Assembly: GCF_006345805.1 (NCBI RefSeq)
Contig: NW_021824435.1
Span: forward strand, 1-18,820
Source: Octopus sinensis
Lineage: Eukaryota
Direction of reading: 5' to 3'
DNA length: 18,820 nucleotides
The position numbers were made by a program, and so were the translations under genes. This document shows positions 1-8,732 of this stretch, piece after piece. How positions within the stretch are numbered: the stretch's first letter is position 1; the number at the start of each line of letters is the position of its first letter. The notes below the pieces were generated by a model that saw only the letters and a list, made by a program, of their open reading frames with translations, was not told the DNA's origin and did not search any database.

Positions 1-74
1 CTTAGATCACATATATATTATATGCTTCGCGTTCCACTGTTACACAACAGACATATTTCACCTATAAATATGTA

Positions 75-272
75 TATGTTTGTGTTTGTCCACCTATCGC
101 TTGACATCCGATGTTGGTGTATTTACGTCTCCGTTACTTAGCGGTTCGGCAAAATGTACTGATAGAATAAATGCTAGACTTACATCGAAGAAGTCCTTGG
201 GGACGACATGTTCGACTAAAGACGGTGCTCCAGCATGGCCGCTGTCAAATAGTTGAAAAAAATAAAAGAATA
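75..272 (+). mobile_element. SINE family S1, 3' half (tail only)
   Basis: Matches the other S1 tails in the window (e.g. 8525-8725): TTAGCGGTTCGGCAAAA...GATAGAATAA...GGTGCTCCAGCATGGCCGC.GTCAAAT, ending in an A-rich tail. Confidence 0.8.
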
Positions 273-298
273 CAAAAAGATTAAAAGAATATATATAT

Positions 299-299
299 G

Positions 300-347
<48 letters not shown>

Positions 348-356
348 TGTGTGTGC
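299..356. repeat. (GT)n microsatellite
   Basis: Directly visible. Confidence 0.95.
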
Positions 357-379
357 ATATATATAGAGAGAGAGAATTC

Positions 380-601
380 GCAAAAAACAAAAGACGAAGA
401 CGGGTAGTGTAGTCAACAAACAAAAGTATTAGTTTAACGTTCGGGAAGTGAAAAAGTCTTTAACGTTTCGAGCTTGCGCTCTTCCACAGAAAGGAATACA
501 GAAAGAAACAATGAGAGAAAATACAGAAAGCGTAGTGGATAGCTATCTATCATGGCCAATGCCGCACAGAATGGTCACACAGGAGAGATAGGAAGAAGGG
601 G

Positions 602-602
<1 letters not shown>
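380..602 (-). mobile_element. Repeat family H1, copy 1 (Penelope-like terminal-repeat type, carries hammerhead motif)
   Basis: Aligns by eye with 958-1165 and, inverted, with 10570-10700. Shared motif ACGTTTCGAGC....GCTCTTC.ACAGAAAG. Confidence 0.6.
457..493 (-). ncRNA. Minimal type I hammerhead-ribozyme-like motif (variant core)
   Basis: Minus strand reads CUUU-CUGUGGA-A-GAGC(GCAA)GCUC-GAAAC-GUU/AAAG. Stem I CUUU:AAAG, 4-bp stem II, ACGU palindrome in place of helix III. Core position 6 is U rather than the canonical A. Confidence 0.5.
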
Positions 603-642
<40 letters not shown>

Positions 643-881
643 TAAAATTATTGAACAAACAAATGCAAGGTCATCCGCATATCATTTCATAATTCGAACA
701 TTTAATCATAGAATATACATATAAACATCCCGCAAGATGGAACATAATTCATCTGTATAAGCAGACTAGCACATCATAATAATAATAAGGTGCGAGAAAA
801 AATTCTTATCATCAAAAATTTAGAGTTAATATTTTAGCGATTCAGAAAAAATACATTTTTTTAAAAAGACGTATTTAATAT

Positions 882-936
<55 letters not shown>

Positions 937-957
937 ATATTATATAACGGGAAGCTT

Positions 958-1165
958 TATGAAATTAAATAAAAGACGAAGGCAGGTGGAATACAAACAA
1001 ACAATTGTATTAGTATGGCGCTCAGGAATATAAATAAAACAAGTCTTTTACGTTTCGAGCCTACGCTCTTCAACAGAAAGATACTCAGAAAAGAAACACG
1101 GAGAGAAACAAGGAGAGAAAAAAAATGCGTGCAGAAGCTAGCGAATCAACATGGCGATCTGGCGA
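958..1165 (-). mobile_element. Repeat family H1, copy 2
   Basis: Diverged direct repeat of 380-602 with the same hammerhead-like block. Confidence 0.6.
1044..1081 (-). ncRNA. Minimal type I hammerhead-ribozyme-like motif (variant core)
   Basis: Minus strand reads UCUUU-CUGUUGA-A-GAGC(GUAG)GCUC-GAAAC-GUA/AAAGA. Predicted cleavage between 1049 and 1048. Confidence 0.55.
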
Positions 1166-1798
1166 TATATATATATATGTATACACACACACTTATATAT
1201 ATTTATATATATATATATATATATAATATACATATATATGCATATACATACATACACAGTGAACCCATATTGTATTGTACCTCTTCATGCCGAATATTGA
1301 ATAAATTGAACGAAATCCGAATTAACAGAATAAGTTCTAACATTGACTTATTGACTTCGACCATTTTTGTTTATCAGTGTTGTAGGGAGGCATAATATTT
1401 TATGCAGGACTACTTGCACGTTGCACTCCGACCGAAGATGGTGAATTCCAAATGGAGATTAATTTTATCCAATAGTATAATCATGGATCATAACTGGAAA
1501 CTAATTGATCTGTCGCTCTACGTTTTATTGTAATAATTGCTACGAGCTAGCGGTAGCTAATATTCGTTAGCTCTCTCATGGCGTGTATTGAGCTGATGTT
1601 AAAACAATACGTGAATGGCAAGAACAATACGAGTGTTGTTTTATCAGTACACATCTTGTTTATTAATTTTCGTACATTTGTCTAAGAAATATACGCTTTC
1701 CTTCTAACACATCTTCAACCTAACTAAAGTCCTTATCTACTGAGTATTTGAACATGGGCATCAGTTATTCTAGCTGACTTGTTCTATTCATATTCAAT

Positions 1799-1840
1799 CA
1801 GTTCTATATTTAAGAGATGAGGAATTATGTACGTTATTTA

Positions 1841-1921
<81 letters not shown>

Positions 1922-1999
1922 CAGCCGAAACGTTGTGTTAACAACAAACAAGATTAGGATAAATATCCGTCAAATGTAAATAATGTAAATAATTTACAT
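1799..1999. mobile_element. Repeat family H2, fold-back (partially inverted) copy
   Basis: 1799-1847 matches 8184-8230 in the same orientation. After an (ATT)n run, 1920-1999 is the reverse complement of the segment at ~8215-8292 and retains the hammerhead 3' half CAGCC-GAAAC-GTT-GTGTT. Confidence 0.7.
1843..1921. repeat. (ATT)n microsatellite
   Basis: Directly visible. Confidence 0.95.
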
Positions 2000-2211
2000 A
2001 TTCAGTCAGTCCATTACTTATATAGGATTTATACATTTTCTTATCCGCTTTCAAACTTCCGTCTAATAATCACTACATTTTGTCGAATCATCAGGTACAT
2101 ACACCGATATTGGTGTTTAAGCGGGGCAGAGGCAGACACAAACAGGCACATATACACATACATACGTGTATTCAGAAGTATTTACACAATACTTGTATGT
2201 ATGTACATGTG

Positions 2212-2212
<1 letters not shown>

Positions 2213-2255
<43 letters not shown>

Positions 2256-2421
2256 ATCTATCTATCTATCTATCTATCTATCTACTTATCTATCTCACCT
2301 TCTCTCTCTATATATGTATGTTTTTGTCTGTGCACGCGTATGTATTTACATGTGTATGCATATGCGTGATATATATATATATATATATATAGGTACGTAT
2401 GTGCGTGTATGCGTGTAGTAT

Positions 2422-2467
<46 letters not shown>

Positions 2468-2554
2468 TATTATATATATATGTGTGTGTGTGTTGTGTGT
2501 CTGTGTGTGCATGTATATATGTGTGTGCGTATTGTATTTGTATGTGTGTGTATT

Positions 2555-2620
<66 letters not shown>

Positions 2621-2635
2621 TGTGTGTGTGTGTAA
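2213..2635. repeat. Compound microsatellite block: (TATC)n, (TA)n, (GT)n
   Basis: Directly visible. Accounts for the low-complexity ORFs between 2080 and 2993. Confidence 0.9.
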
Positions 2636-2700
2636 TATATGGTATAATTTAAACGGCAAATTTTTATCCATGATGAACAACCTCATTCGATTTCTCAAAC

Positions 2701-2799
2701 CTTATTGGCTTCTCATCAGAGGTGTCTACATCATTCGAACAGTCTCCAGAGAAACAAGCAGCGAAACTGTTTATAATCTCAACAAATGCAGCAGTTACT
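2701..2799 (-). CDS. Candidate 99-nt internal coding exon of an unidentified gene
   Basis: Acceptor ctctttcatag|, donor AAG|gtttga. Only one of three frames is open (phase 2-2): VTAAFVEIINSFAACFSGDCSNDVDTSDEKPI. No protein family recognised. Confidence 0.4.
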
Positions 2800-3239
2800 C
2801 TATGAAAGAGTCCCTAATGTGCATACCGAAAGTACACAAATATATATGTATGTGTGTGTGTGTGTGCGTGTGTGTGTGTGCGTGTGTGTGTGTGTGTGTG
2901 GTGTGTAAACAACAGTCATCCACACACATTTCGTCACTCAAATTCACTCGTAAGTCATTGGTCAATCCGAATTTGCAGGAGACACTTGTGTAATTTGCCG
3001 CGCAACAGAACTGAACCCAAAGTGGCATGATTATAAAACAAACTTCTAAACCACACACGGTGATGATTTTTGCCTATAACTTATAAACCTAAAAGTAATT
3101 TCCTGCATAATAATTCTGGTCTTGCGATAAAACGAACATAAACACGCTGTAATTCATTAATAAGACATTTCCAGAAGCAAAGGTTAAATCAGGTCGAAAT
3201 TTTATGTTGATCCGTTAGCAACACTTCTGCCAAACTGTT

Positions 3240-3640
3240 AGGACAAACATGGCGACATATTGCGCACTGACAATAAATGACACACCTAACATGACACAGC
3301 TTACGTTACTCTACAATCACTTTTAAGTGGTTCAACTGTGTATTTTACGTCATAGTTTTAAGGTCAGGTCATGGTTTTAAGGGGGCGCATGCGCCGTTGC
3401 AGTGTGTTGCTGCATTTACCTTTTGTCGGTATATTCTCGGGTCCTCCCGGACAACTCGTCGACCAAAGTCCCAGTCGGTCCCCATCTCCGTGAGATATCT
3501 CCAAATCTGTCGTGACCATGCGGCATGTGATCGACCAACACGAGCCGTCAACCCAGCCGTATCCGCAGTGAAGAGAAGAGAACCGTATAAGCTAGGTCTA
3601 AATCGGAAAAATCGAGCAACACGTTTATGGTTTTAAGGGA
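3240..3640. promoter_or_regulatory. Promoter-like CpG-rich island
   Basis: Repeat-free and CpG-rich against an AT-rich background. YY1-like AACATGGCG at 3246-3254, perfect NRF1-like palindrome GGCGCATGCGCC at 3384-3395, overlapping AGGTCA/GGTCA at 3361-3371. Confidence 0.45.
3420..3526 (-). CDS. Candidate first coding exon of the same gene
   Basis: ATG at 3526 is the first Met after an in-frame TGA. Encodes MPHGHDRFGDISRRWGPTGTLVDELSGRTREYTDK and ends at a strong donor AAAAG|gtaaat in phase 2, matching 2701-2799. Confidence 0.35.
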
Positions 3641-4194
3641 GGCTGTTAATTTAGGGAAGAAACAAGTAACCCTGTCACTGAAACGGAAACAGGGGCTTGA
3701 AGAGAAGCTAAAAGCTAGGATTTAGTAGGAAGTGTTTGTGCAAACTGATGTTAAAAAGGAAACAATACTCATCATAGGTAAGGTCAGACTGTGTGCATTT
3801 TTCTCAAATGAGATTTTGATTAAGATTCTAAATTCTAAACTATTTGCTGTTGGTGCAAGGAAACGTATTAAAGGTACAGAAGATGAAAAATAAATATCTG
3901 GAGAAAGCAATGACGTAGTATTCTGTCAAGCGGCGATCCTGTTATAATAAAATGTGTGGCGTAGAAATGATTGCTTCGGAGTTAATTAGGTGTGTGTGAG
4001 ATAAGACCGGTGCTTTAGGCAATTTGGAAAACATTGTGAACTAGGTTTATAAGACTAACGGTGGTGAAGAAGGCAACACATTAACTGAAGTAATCGAAAG
4101 GTCCATCAACAACTTCAACCCCTGGATAGTTACTGTCCTGTGTCCTACACCTCATGGGGGCAGTTATCCGATTTCCAAGAAGCATAAGTGATCA

Positions 4195-4365
4195 AGGACG
4201 GGACGCCAGTCCGTTGTAGAATTACAGCTTTACAGCTGAGTGGACTGAACTGGAGCAAGAGTAAGTGAAGTGATTTGCTCAAGAACAAGGCATAGAACGG
4301 TCTCGGAATCGAAACCCTGACCTTGCGATCGTAAGTGCAAAACTATAACCACTAAACCACGCGTC
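4195..4365 (-). mobile_element. tRNA-derived SINE (family S4) with V-SINE-like segment
   Basis: Minus strand has A box TGGTTTAGTGG, B box GGTTTCGATTCC, a CTTGAGCAAATCACTT CORE-like start, and GGACTGGCGTCCCGTCC resembling the V domain. Confidence 0.6.
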
Positions 4366-4652
4366 TTTACGTTGATACATCCAGGAAGAGATTAAATAAA
4401 TTAAGTGTAAAAGAGCCCCCAATTCCCAAAGTCGAGATTATAACCGGGATGGAATTAAATCGTATTGGCAATCACTATCGCGAAATATCCGGGCTTTTAA
4501 GTGTGAAGCATCGGAACCTAATCGTAAATTGAATTAGGAACGCTTTTCGGTGATGTGACGAACGAATAGAAGCGGCATGCACCTGTTAAAGTTAATGGTA
4601 GTAGGAAGATAAACACATCCGGTTATGTTGAAAGGCATCATGCACATGATAA

Positions 4653-5283
4653 GGCGGCGAGCTGGCAGGAATGTTAGCACGCCGGGCGAAATGCGTAGCC
4701 GTATTTCGTCTGCCGTTATGTTCTGAGTTCAAATTCCGCCGAGGTCGACTTTGCCTTTCATCCTTTCGGGGTCGATAAATTAAGTACCAGTTACTCACTG
4801 GGGTCGATATAATCGACTTTATCCATTTGTCTGTCGATGTTTGTTCTCTCTGTGTTTAGCCCCTTGTGGGTCGTAAAGAAATAGGTATTTCGTCTGCTGT
4901 CACTTTTTGAGTTCAAATTCCGCCGAGGTCGACTTTTCCTTTATTCCTTTCGGGGTCGATGAATTAAGTACCAGTTACGCACTCCGGTGGATGTAATCGA
5001 CTTAATCCCTTTGTCTGTCCTAGTTTGTCCCCTCTATGTTTAGCTCCTTGCGGGCAATAAAGAAATAAGAAACGTTAGCATGCCGAGCGAAATGCTTAGA
5101 GGTATTTTGTCTGTCTTTACGTTCTGAGTTCGAATTCCGCTGAGGTCGGCTTTGCCTTCCATCATTTTATGGTCGATAAATTAAGTACCAGTTGCATACT
5201 GGGGTTGATTTAATCGACTGGCCCCCGCCCCAGCCAAAAAAATAATAATTTCTGGCCTTGTGCCTAGAGTAGAAAATATTATT
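4653..5283 (+). mobile_element. SINE family S2 head-to-tail trimer (Meta-domain-like)
   Basis: Units start at 4653, ~4884 and ~5068. A box TGGCAGGAATG, B box GAGTTCAAATTCC, central GAGGTCGACTTTGCCTTTCATCCTTTCGGGGTCGATAAATTAAGTACCAG resembling the MetaSINE/Sauria-SINE central domain. Confidence 0.8.
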
Positions 5284-5295
5284 TAGTCCTACTAT

Positions 5296-5697
5296 GGCGA
5301 CGAGCTGGCAGAATCGTTAGCACGCCGGGCGAAATGCTCAGCGGTATTTCGTCTGTCGTTACGTTCTAAGGTCAAATTCTGCCGAGGTTGACTTTGCCTT
5401 ACATCCTTTCGGAGTCGATAAATTAAGTACCAGTTACGCACTGGGGTCCATGTAATCGACTTAATGCGTTTGTCTGTCCTTGTTTGTCCTCTTTGTGTTT
5501 AGCATCTTGTGGGTAGTGAAGAAATAAATATTACGTTTATCTTTATGTTCTGAGTTTAAATTGTGCTGAGGTCGACTTTGCTTTCCATCCTTTCGGGGTC
5601 GATAAATTAAGTACCACTTGCGTATTTGGGTCTATCTAATCGACTGGCCCTCTCCACCAAAATTTCAGGCCTTATGCCTAGAGTAGAAAAGAATATT
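5296..5697 (+). mobile_element. SINE family S2 head-to-tail dimer
   Basis: Full head at 5296, second head-truncated unit from ~5531. Same central domain as 4653-5283. Confidence 0.8.
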
Positions 5698-5709
5698 TAT
5701 TCTAAATAT

Positions 5710-5800
5710 CGCGGTGGGCTCGCAGAAATGTTAGCACGCCAGACAAACTGCTTAGAGGCAGTTCTTACGGTTCCTGTGTTCTAAGTTCGAATCCTGCCGG
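5710..5800 (+). mobile_element. SINE S2 tRNA-like head fragment
   Basis: CAGAAATGTTAGCACGCC...GTTCTAAGTTCGAATCCTGCCG, with no body following. Confidence 0.6.
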
Positions 5801-5964
5801 AATCATATAAATTATTAATCTTTCAAAACAATCATCTGAGAGAATCGGTTAAAATGGACAATGATGTTTTTGTATTACTAAGGTTAAAGTTGGGTTAACA
5901 GGGTCTTCAAATTTCGTCTTTTGTAGATTCATCCCCTGTGATTAGAATATAAAACTTATCTCTT

Positions 5965-6185
5965 ATCTTTTCTCTTTTACTTGTTTCAGTCATTTGACTG
6001 CGGCCATGCTGGGCACCGCCTTGAAGAATTTTAGTCGAACGAATAAACGCTAGTATATTTTTCCTGTAGCTTGGTACATATACTATCAGCGTGTTTTGTC
6101 GGACCGATTATATATGGGAACATAAACACACCAACGACGTTTGTCAAACTATGATGGGGGGCAAACACTGACAGAAAGACACACA
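5965..6185 (-). mobile_element. SINE S1 3' half
   Basis: TTGTTTCAGTCATTTGACTGCGGCCATGCTGG... is the reverse complement of the S1 tail. Confidence 0.8.
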
Positions 6186-6231
6186 CACAGACGCACGCAG
6201 GCACACACACACAGACGCACGCAGGCACACA

Positions 6232-6385
6232 GTTGGTATGTTTATGACCCCCAAGACTTAGCGTTTCGGCAAAAGAGACCGATAGGATAAGTACTAGGCT
6301 TACAAAGAATAATTCCTGGGGTCGATTTGTTAGACTAAATGCGTTGCTCCAGCATGGCCGCAGTCAAATAATTGAAACAAGTATA
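6232..6385 (+). mobile_element. SINE S1 3' half
   Basis: GGCAAAAGAGACCGATAGGATAAGTACTAGGCTTACAAAGAATAA...GCTCCAGCATGGCCGCAGTCAAAT. Inverted relative to 5965-6185. Confidence 0.8.
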
Positions 6386-6420
6386 AGATTAATGAATATA
6401 ATATATATATATATATTAAA

Positions 6421-6535
6421 TAAGGAAACCTACTTCATTGAAAAATATAAGTCAAAATTTAACCATTTCTAAAAGTTTTAAATAGGGAAACTCACCTCAT
6501 TGAAAAAAATAAAAAGTAAAACCTAACCACTTGTA
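6421..6535. repeat. Two imperfect ~60-bp tandem units
   Basis: GGAAACCTACTTCATTGAAAAA...TTAACCATTT versus GGAAACTCACCTCATTGAAAAA...CTAACCACTT. Confidence 0.55.
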
Positions 6536-7394
6536 GCATTCTATTCCTTCTAAACCAAATCTTGTAAAATTTTTAAAACCTAGTCATTCCCAACATTTTT
6601 TATTATCTCCCTTATACCGAAAAAATCCCTGATTACCATCCCCTGTCTGGAATTCATACTTCACATCAGAGCGAAGAGATGACACAATACAGGTAAAGAA
6701 ATTTGAGAAATTTGAAAAGAAAATGCGAAACCGGTTATTTTTCCCAGACCAATATACACAAAATTTTATAACATTTTTTTAACATAACGATTTAAATATA
6801 TTCTTTAACCACATAATACAAATCTTCTGTAGTTTTTTCACTCTATTTTCGCTTTTATATATCCAACAACGTGCTTTCATATACCAACTCTCTCACGTAT
6901 ATATATATGTATATGTATGTATGTATACGGCCGGCTTCTTTCAATTTCCGTCCACCAAGTTGCAGATATTTATATAGGAAAGACTTGGAATTAAAGTTGA
7001 GTTTGATATGTAGCAGATTGGTTTGTCACGTATTTCAGAGTAGTTTAGTGGTTTGAGTTCAAACAATTAAAATTTTTAAGAATGTCTTGATAAATGTCAG
7101 AGGAAAATATTCGCAAAGAAAATTAAAATAACGACAAGGAAAAAATATTAGAAAGAAAAAGTAAAAAAAAAAAAGAAGGGACTAATGAGGAGAGCATATA
7201 AAAGAGATGGAGACATACAGAAATACCAAAATTTAGAATAAGCAGAAAGCGACGAGAGTAGATAAAGAAAAAAAAAAACAAGAGATTTTTAAAAAGGGGG
7301 GTAGATATAGAAGGAGATAAAAAGAAGAATGTGGAAAATAGGGGAAAACTAAGAAAGTACATAAAAACTCTCTCTCTCTCTCTTTTGTGTTATG

Positions 7395-8022
7395 GTGTAT
7401 TCATGTCTTTGACTAATCATGGTTTGTTCCTCTTCCATTTATTTCTGTCTCTCGCAACATCATCCAGGTATTTTTCACCTTGTGCATTCATTCTCTTCTT
7501 CATCCAGTCGAAAATCTTCTTCCCACCAGCTCAGTCTCCGCCATGTAACGCTCCATTCCGTCATCCTCTCTGAGAAAATGACCAACAAATCTTTACGGTG
7601 GATGCGATAAACATAAACAAAGATATGTTTACCTTGCGTGGAATACATAAGAAATGATGTGTATATTCAAGGATCTATAGATTTCGCTTTGTGTATCTCC
7701 CTGATACTATACATCAACCGTCTCTTCTCTTTCATCTTCTCAACTCGTCCTCATTCGTCACCCTCTGTACCCACAAGATTCCAAGTATTTTTCTATAAGA
7801 CCACATTTCTGCAACTTTGAGTCTCTTCTACATAACTTTGCTTATCGTCCAAGACTCACATTCATACGATAGCACCGACAAGATATAACACTTCAATACA
7901 CTTCCCTTGACTTCCATTCCAATTCTCTTTGAACAAAAAATGCTCTTCGTATCCATAAAAGTCCTCTTTGCTAATCCAGTTCTGCACTTGATGTCCTTAT
8001 CTGATCTTCCATCTTTTGTTAC
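7395..8022 (-). pseudogene. Decayed RTE-clade (BovB-like) LINE, 3' end of the reverse-transcriptase ORF
   Basis: Minus frame reads TKDGRSDKDIKCRTGLAKRTF...LKCYILSVLSYECESWTISKVM*KRLKVAEMWSYRKILGILWVQRVTNED, then RFVGHFLRED...ARDRNKW. These are the motifs C-terminal to the RT domain of RTE ORF2. Stops, frameshifts and a ~100-bp insertion are present. Confidence 0.85.
7598..7698. repeat. ~100-bp unclassified dispersed repeat, copy 1 (inserted in the RTE fragment)
   Basis: GTGGATGCGATAA...TGCGTGGAATA.ATAAG...GGATCTATAGATTT...TTTGTGTATCT, also present at 8733-8833. Confidence 0.75.
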
Positions 8023-8183
8023 ATATATATATAAAAGCTAAAGAATAGATATTAGAAGAGAAAGAAAGAGTAGTGGCGATATTGGGTGAGATTTTAGAAT
8101 ATCACGTAGGAATCTGTGTTCGAATTCTTGAACCTATATTTCTCTTATTCAATACAAACATATATACAAACTTATACATTGTA

Positions 8184-8365
8184 CAGTTCTATATTTAAGA
8201 GATGAGGAATTATGTACATTATTTCCATTATTTCCTTACAATTGACGGATATTTGTCCTTATCTTGTTGGTTAACACAACGTTTCGGCTGATATACACTC
8301 CAGCCTTCGTCAGGTGTCTTGGGGAAATTTCGAACCTGGATTCTCATTCCTAAGGTATTTTTCGA

Positions 8366-8370
<5 letters not shown>
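8184..8370 (-). mobile_element. Repeat family H2 (Penelope-like terminal-repeat type) with hammerhead motif
   Basis: Homologous to 1799-1999. Followed by (ATT)n at 8368-8440. Confidence 0.65.
8273..8318 (-). ncRNA. Minimal type I hammerhead ribozyme
   Basis: Minus strand reads GACAC-CUGACGA-A-GGCUG(10 nt)CAGCC-GAAAC-GUU/GUGUU. Canonical CUGANGA and GAAA core, 5-bp stems I and II, palindromic ACGU replacing helix III, NUH triplet GUU. Predicted cleavage between 8278 and 8277. Confidence 0.7.
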
Positions 8371-8428
<58 letters not shown>

Positions 8429-8440
8429 CATTATTATTAT
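8368..8440. repeat. (ATT)n microsatellite
   Basis: Directly visible. Confidence 0.95.
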
Positions 8441-8524
8441 ATCGCCCTTGTGGCCAATAAAAGAATTAATAATAATTATTATTATTGTGTGTATATATGC
8501 GTGTGTGTATAAGTTTGTGTGACT

Positions 8525-8725
8525 ATGTGTTTGTCCCCCCAACATCGCATGGCAACCGATGCTGGTGTGTTTACGTCCCCTTAACTTAGCGGTGCGGCAA
8601 AAGAGACCGATAGAATAAGTACTAGGCTTACAAAGAATAAATCCTGGGGTCGAGTTGCTCGACTAAAGGCGTTGCTCCAATATAGCCACAGTGAAATGAA
8701 TGAAACAAGTAAAAGAGTAAAAGAG
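8525..8725 (+). mobile_element. SINE S1 3' half
   Basis: Well-preserved S1 tail ending GAAACAAGTAAAAGAGTAAAAGAG (short tandem 3' repeat). Confidence 0.85.
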
Positions 8726-8732
8726 TCAAAGT

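Noticed and set aside
1408-1440. Possible 33-nt plus-strand micro-exon (ttttatgcag|...GATG|gtgaat)
   Set aside because: The splice signals are plausible but no partner exon or recognisable peptide was found, and it is opposite in strand to the better candidate gene.
1-2635. ORFs listed at 94-423, 1015-1395 and 2080-2993
   Set aside because: They are built from microsatellites and repeat fragments.
3249-3326. Short ORF MATYCALTINDTPNMTQLTLLYNHF in a good ATGGCG context
   Set aside because: Only 25 codons with no donor before the stop. Better explained as a YY1-type motif.
4653-5800. tRNA genes or a CRISPR-like array
   Set aside because: The A/B boxes belong to SINE heads with no cloverleaf. 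The units are 170-230 bp with no unique spacers, in eukaryotic DNA.
6630-6645. TTACCATCCCCTG resembling a hAT/MITE terminal repeat
   Set aside because: No matching second TIR or 8-bp target duplication found.
6670-6692. Possible 23-nt plus-strand micro-exon (cacatcag|...CAG|gtaaag)
   Set aside because: Too short to distinguish from chance without RNA data.
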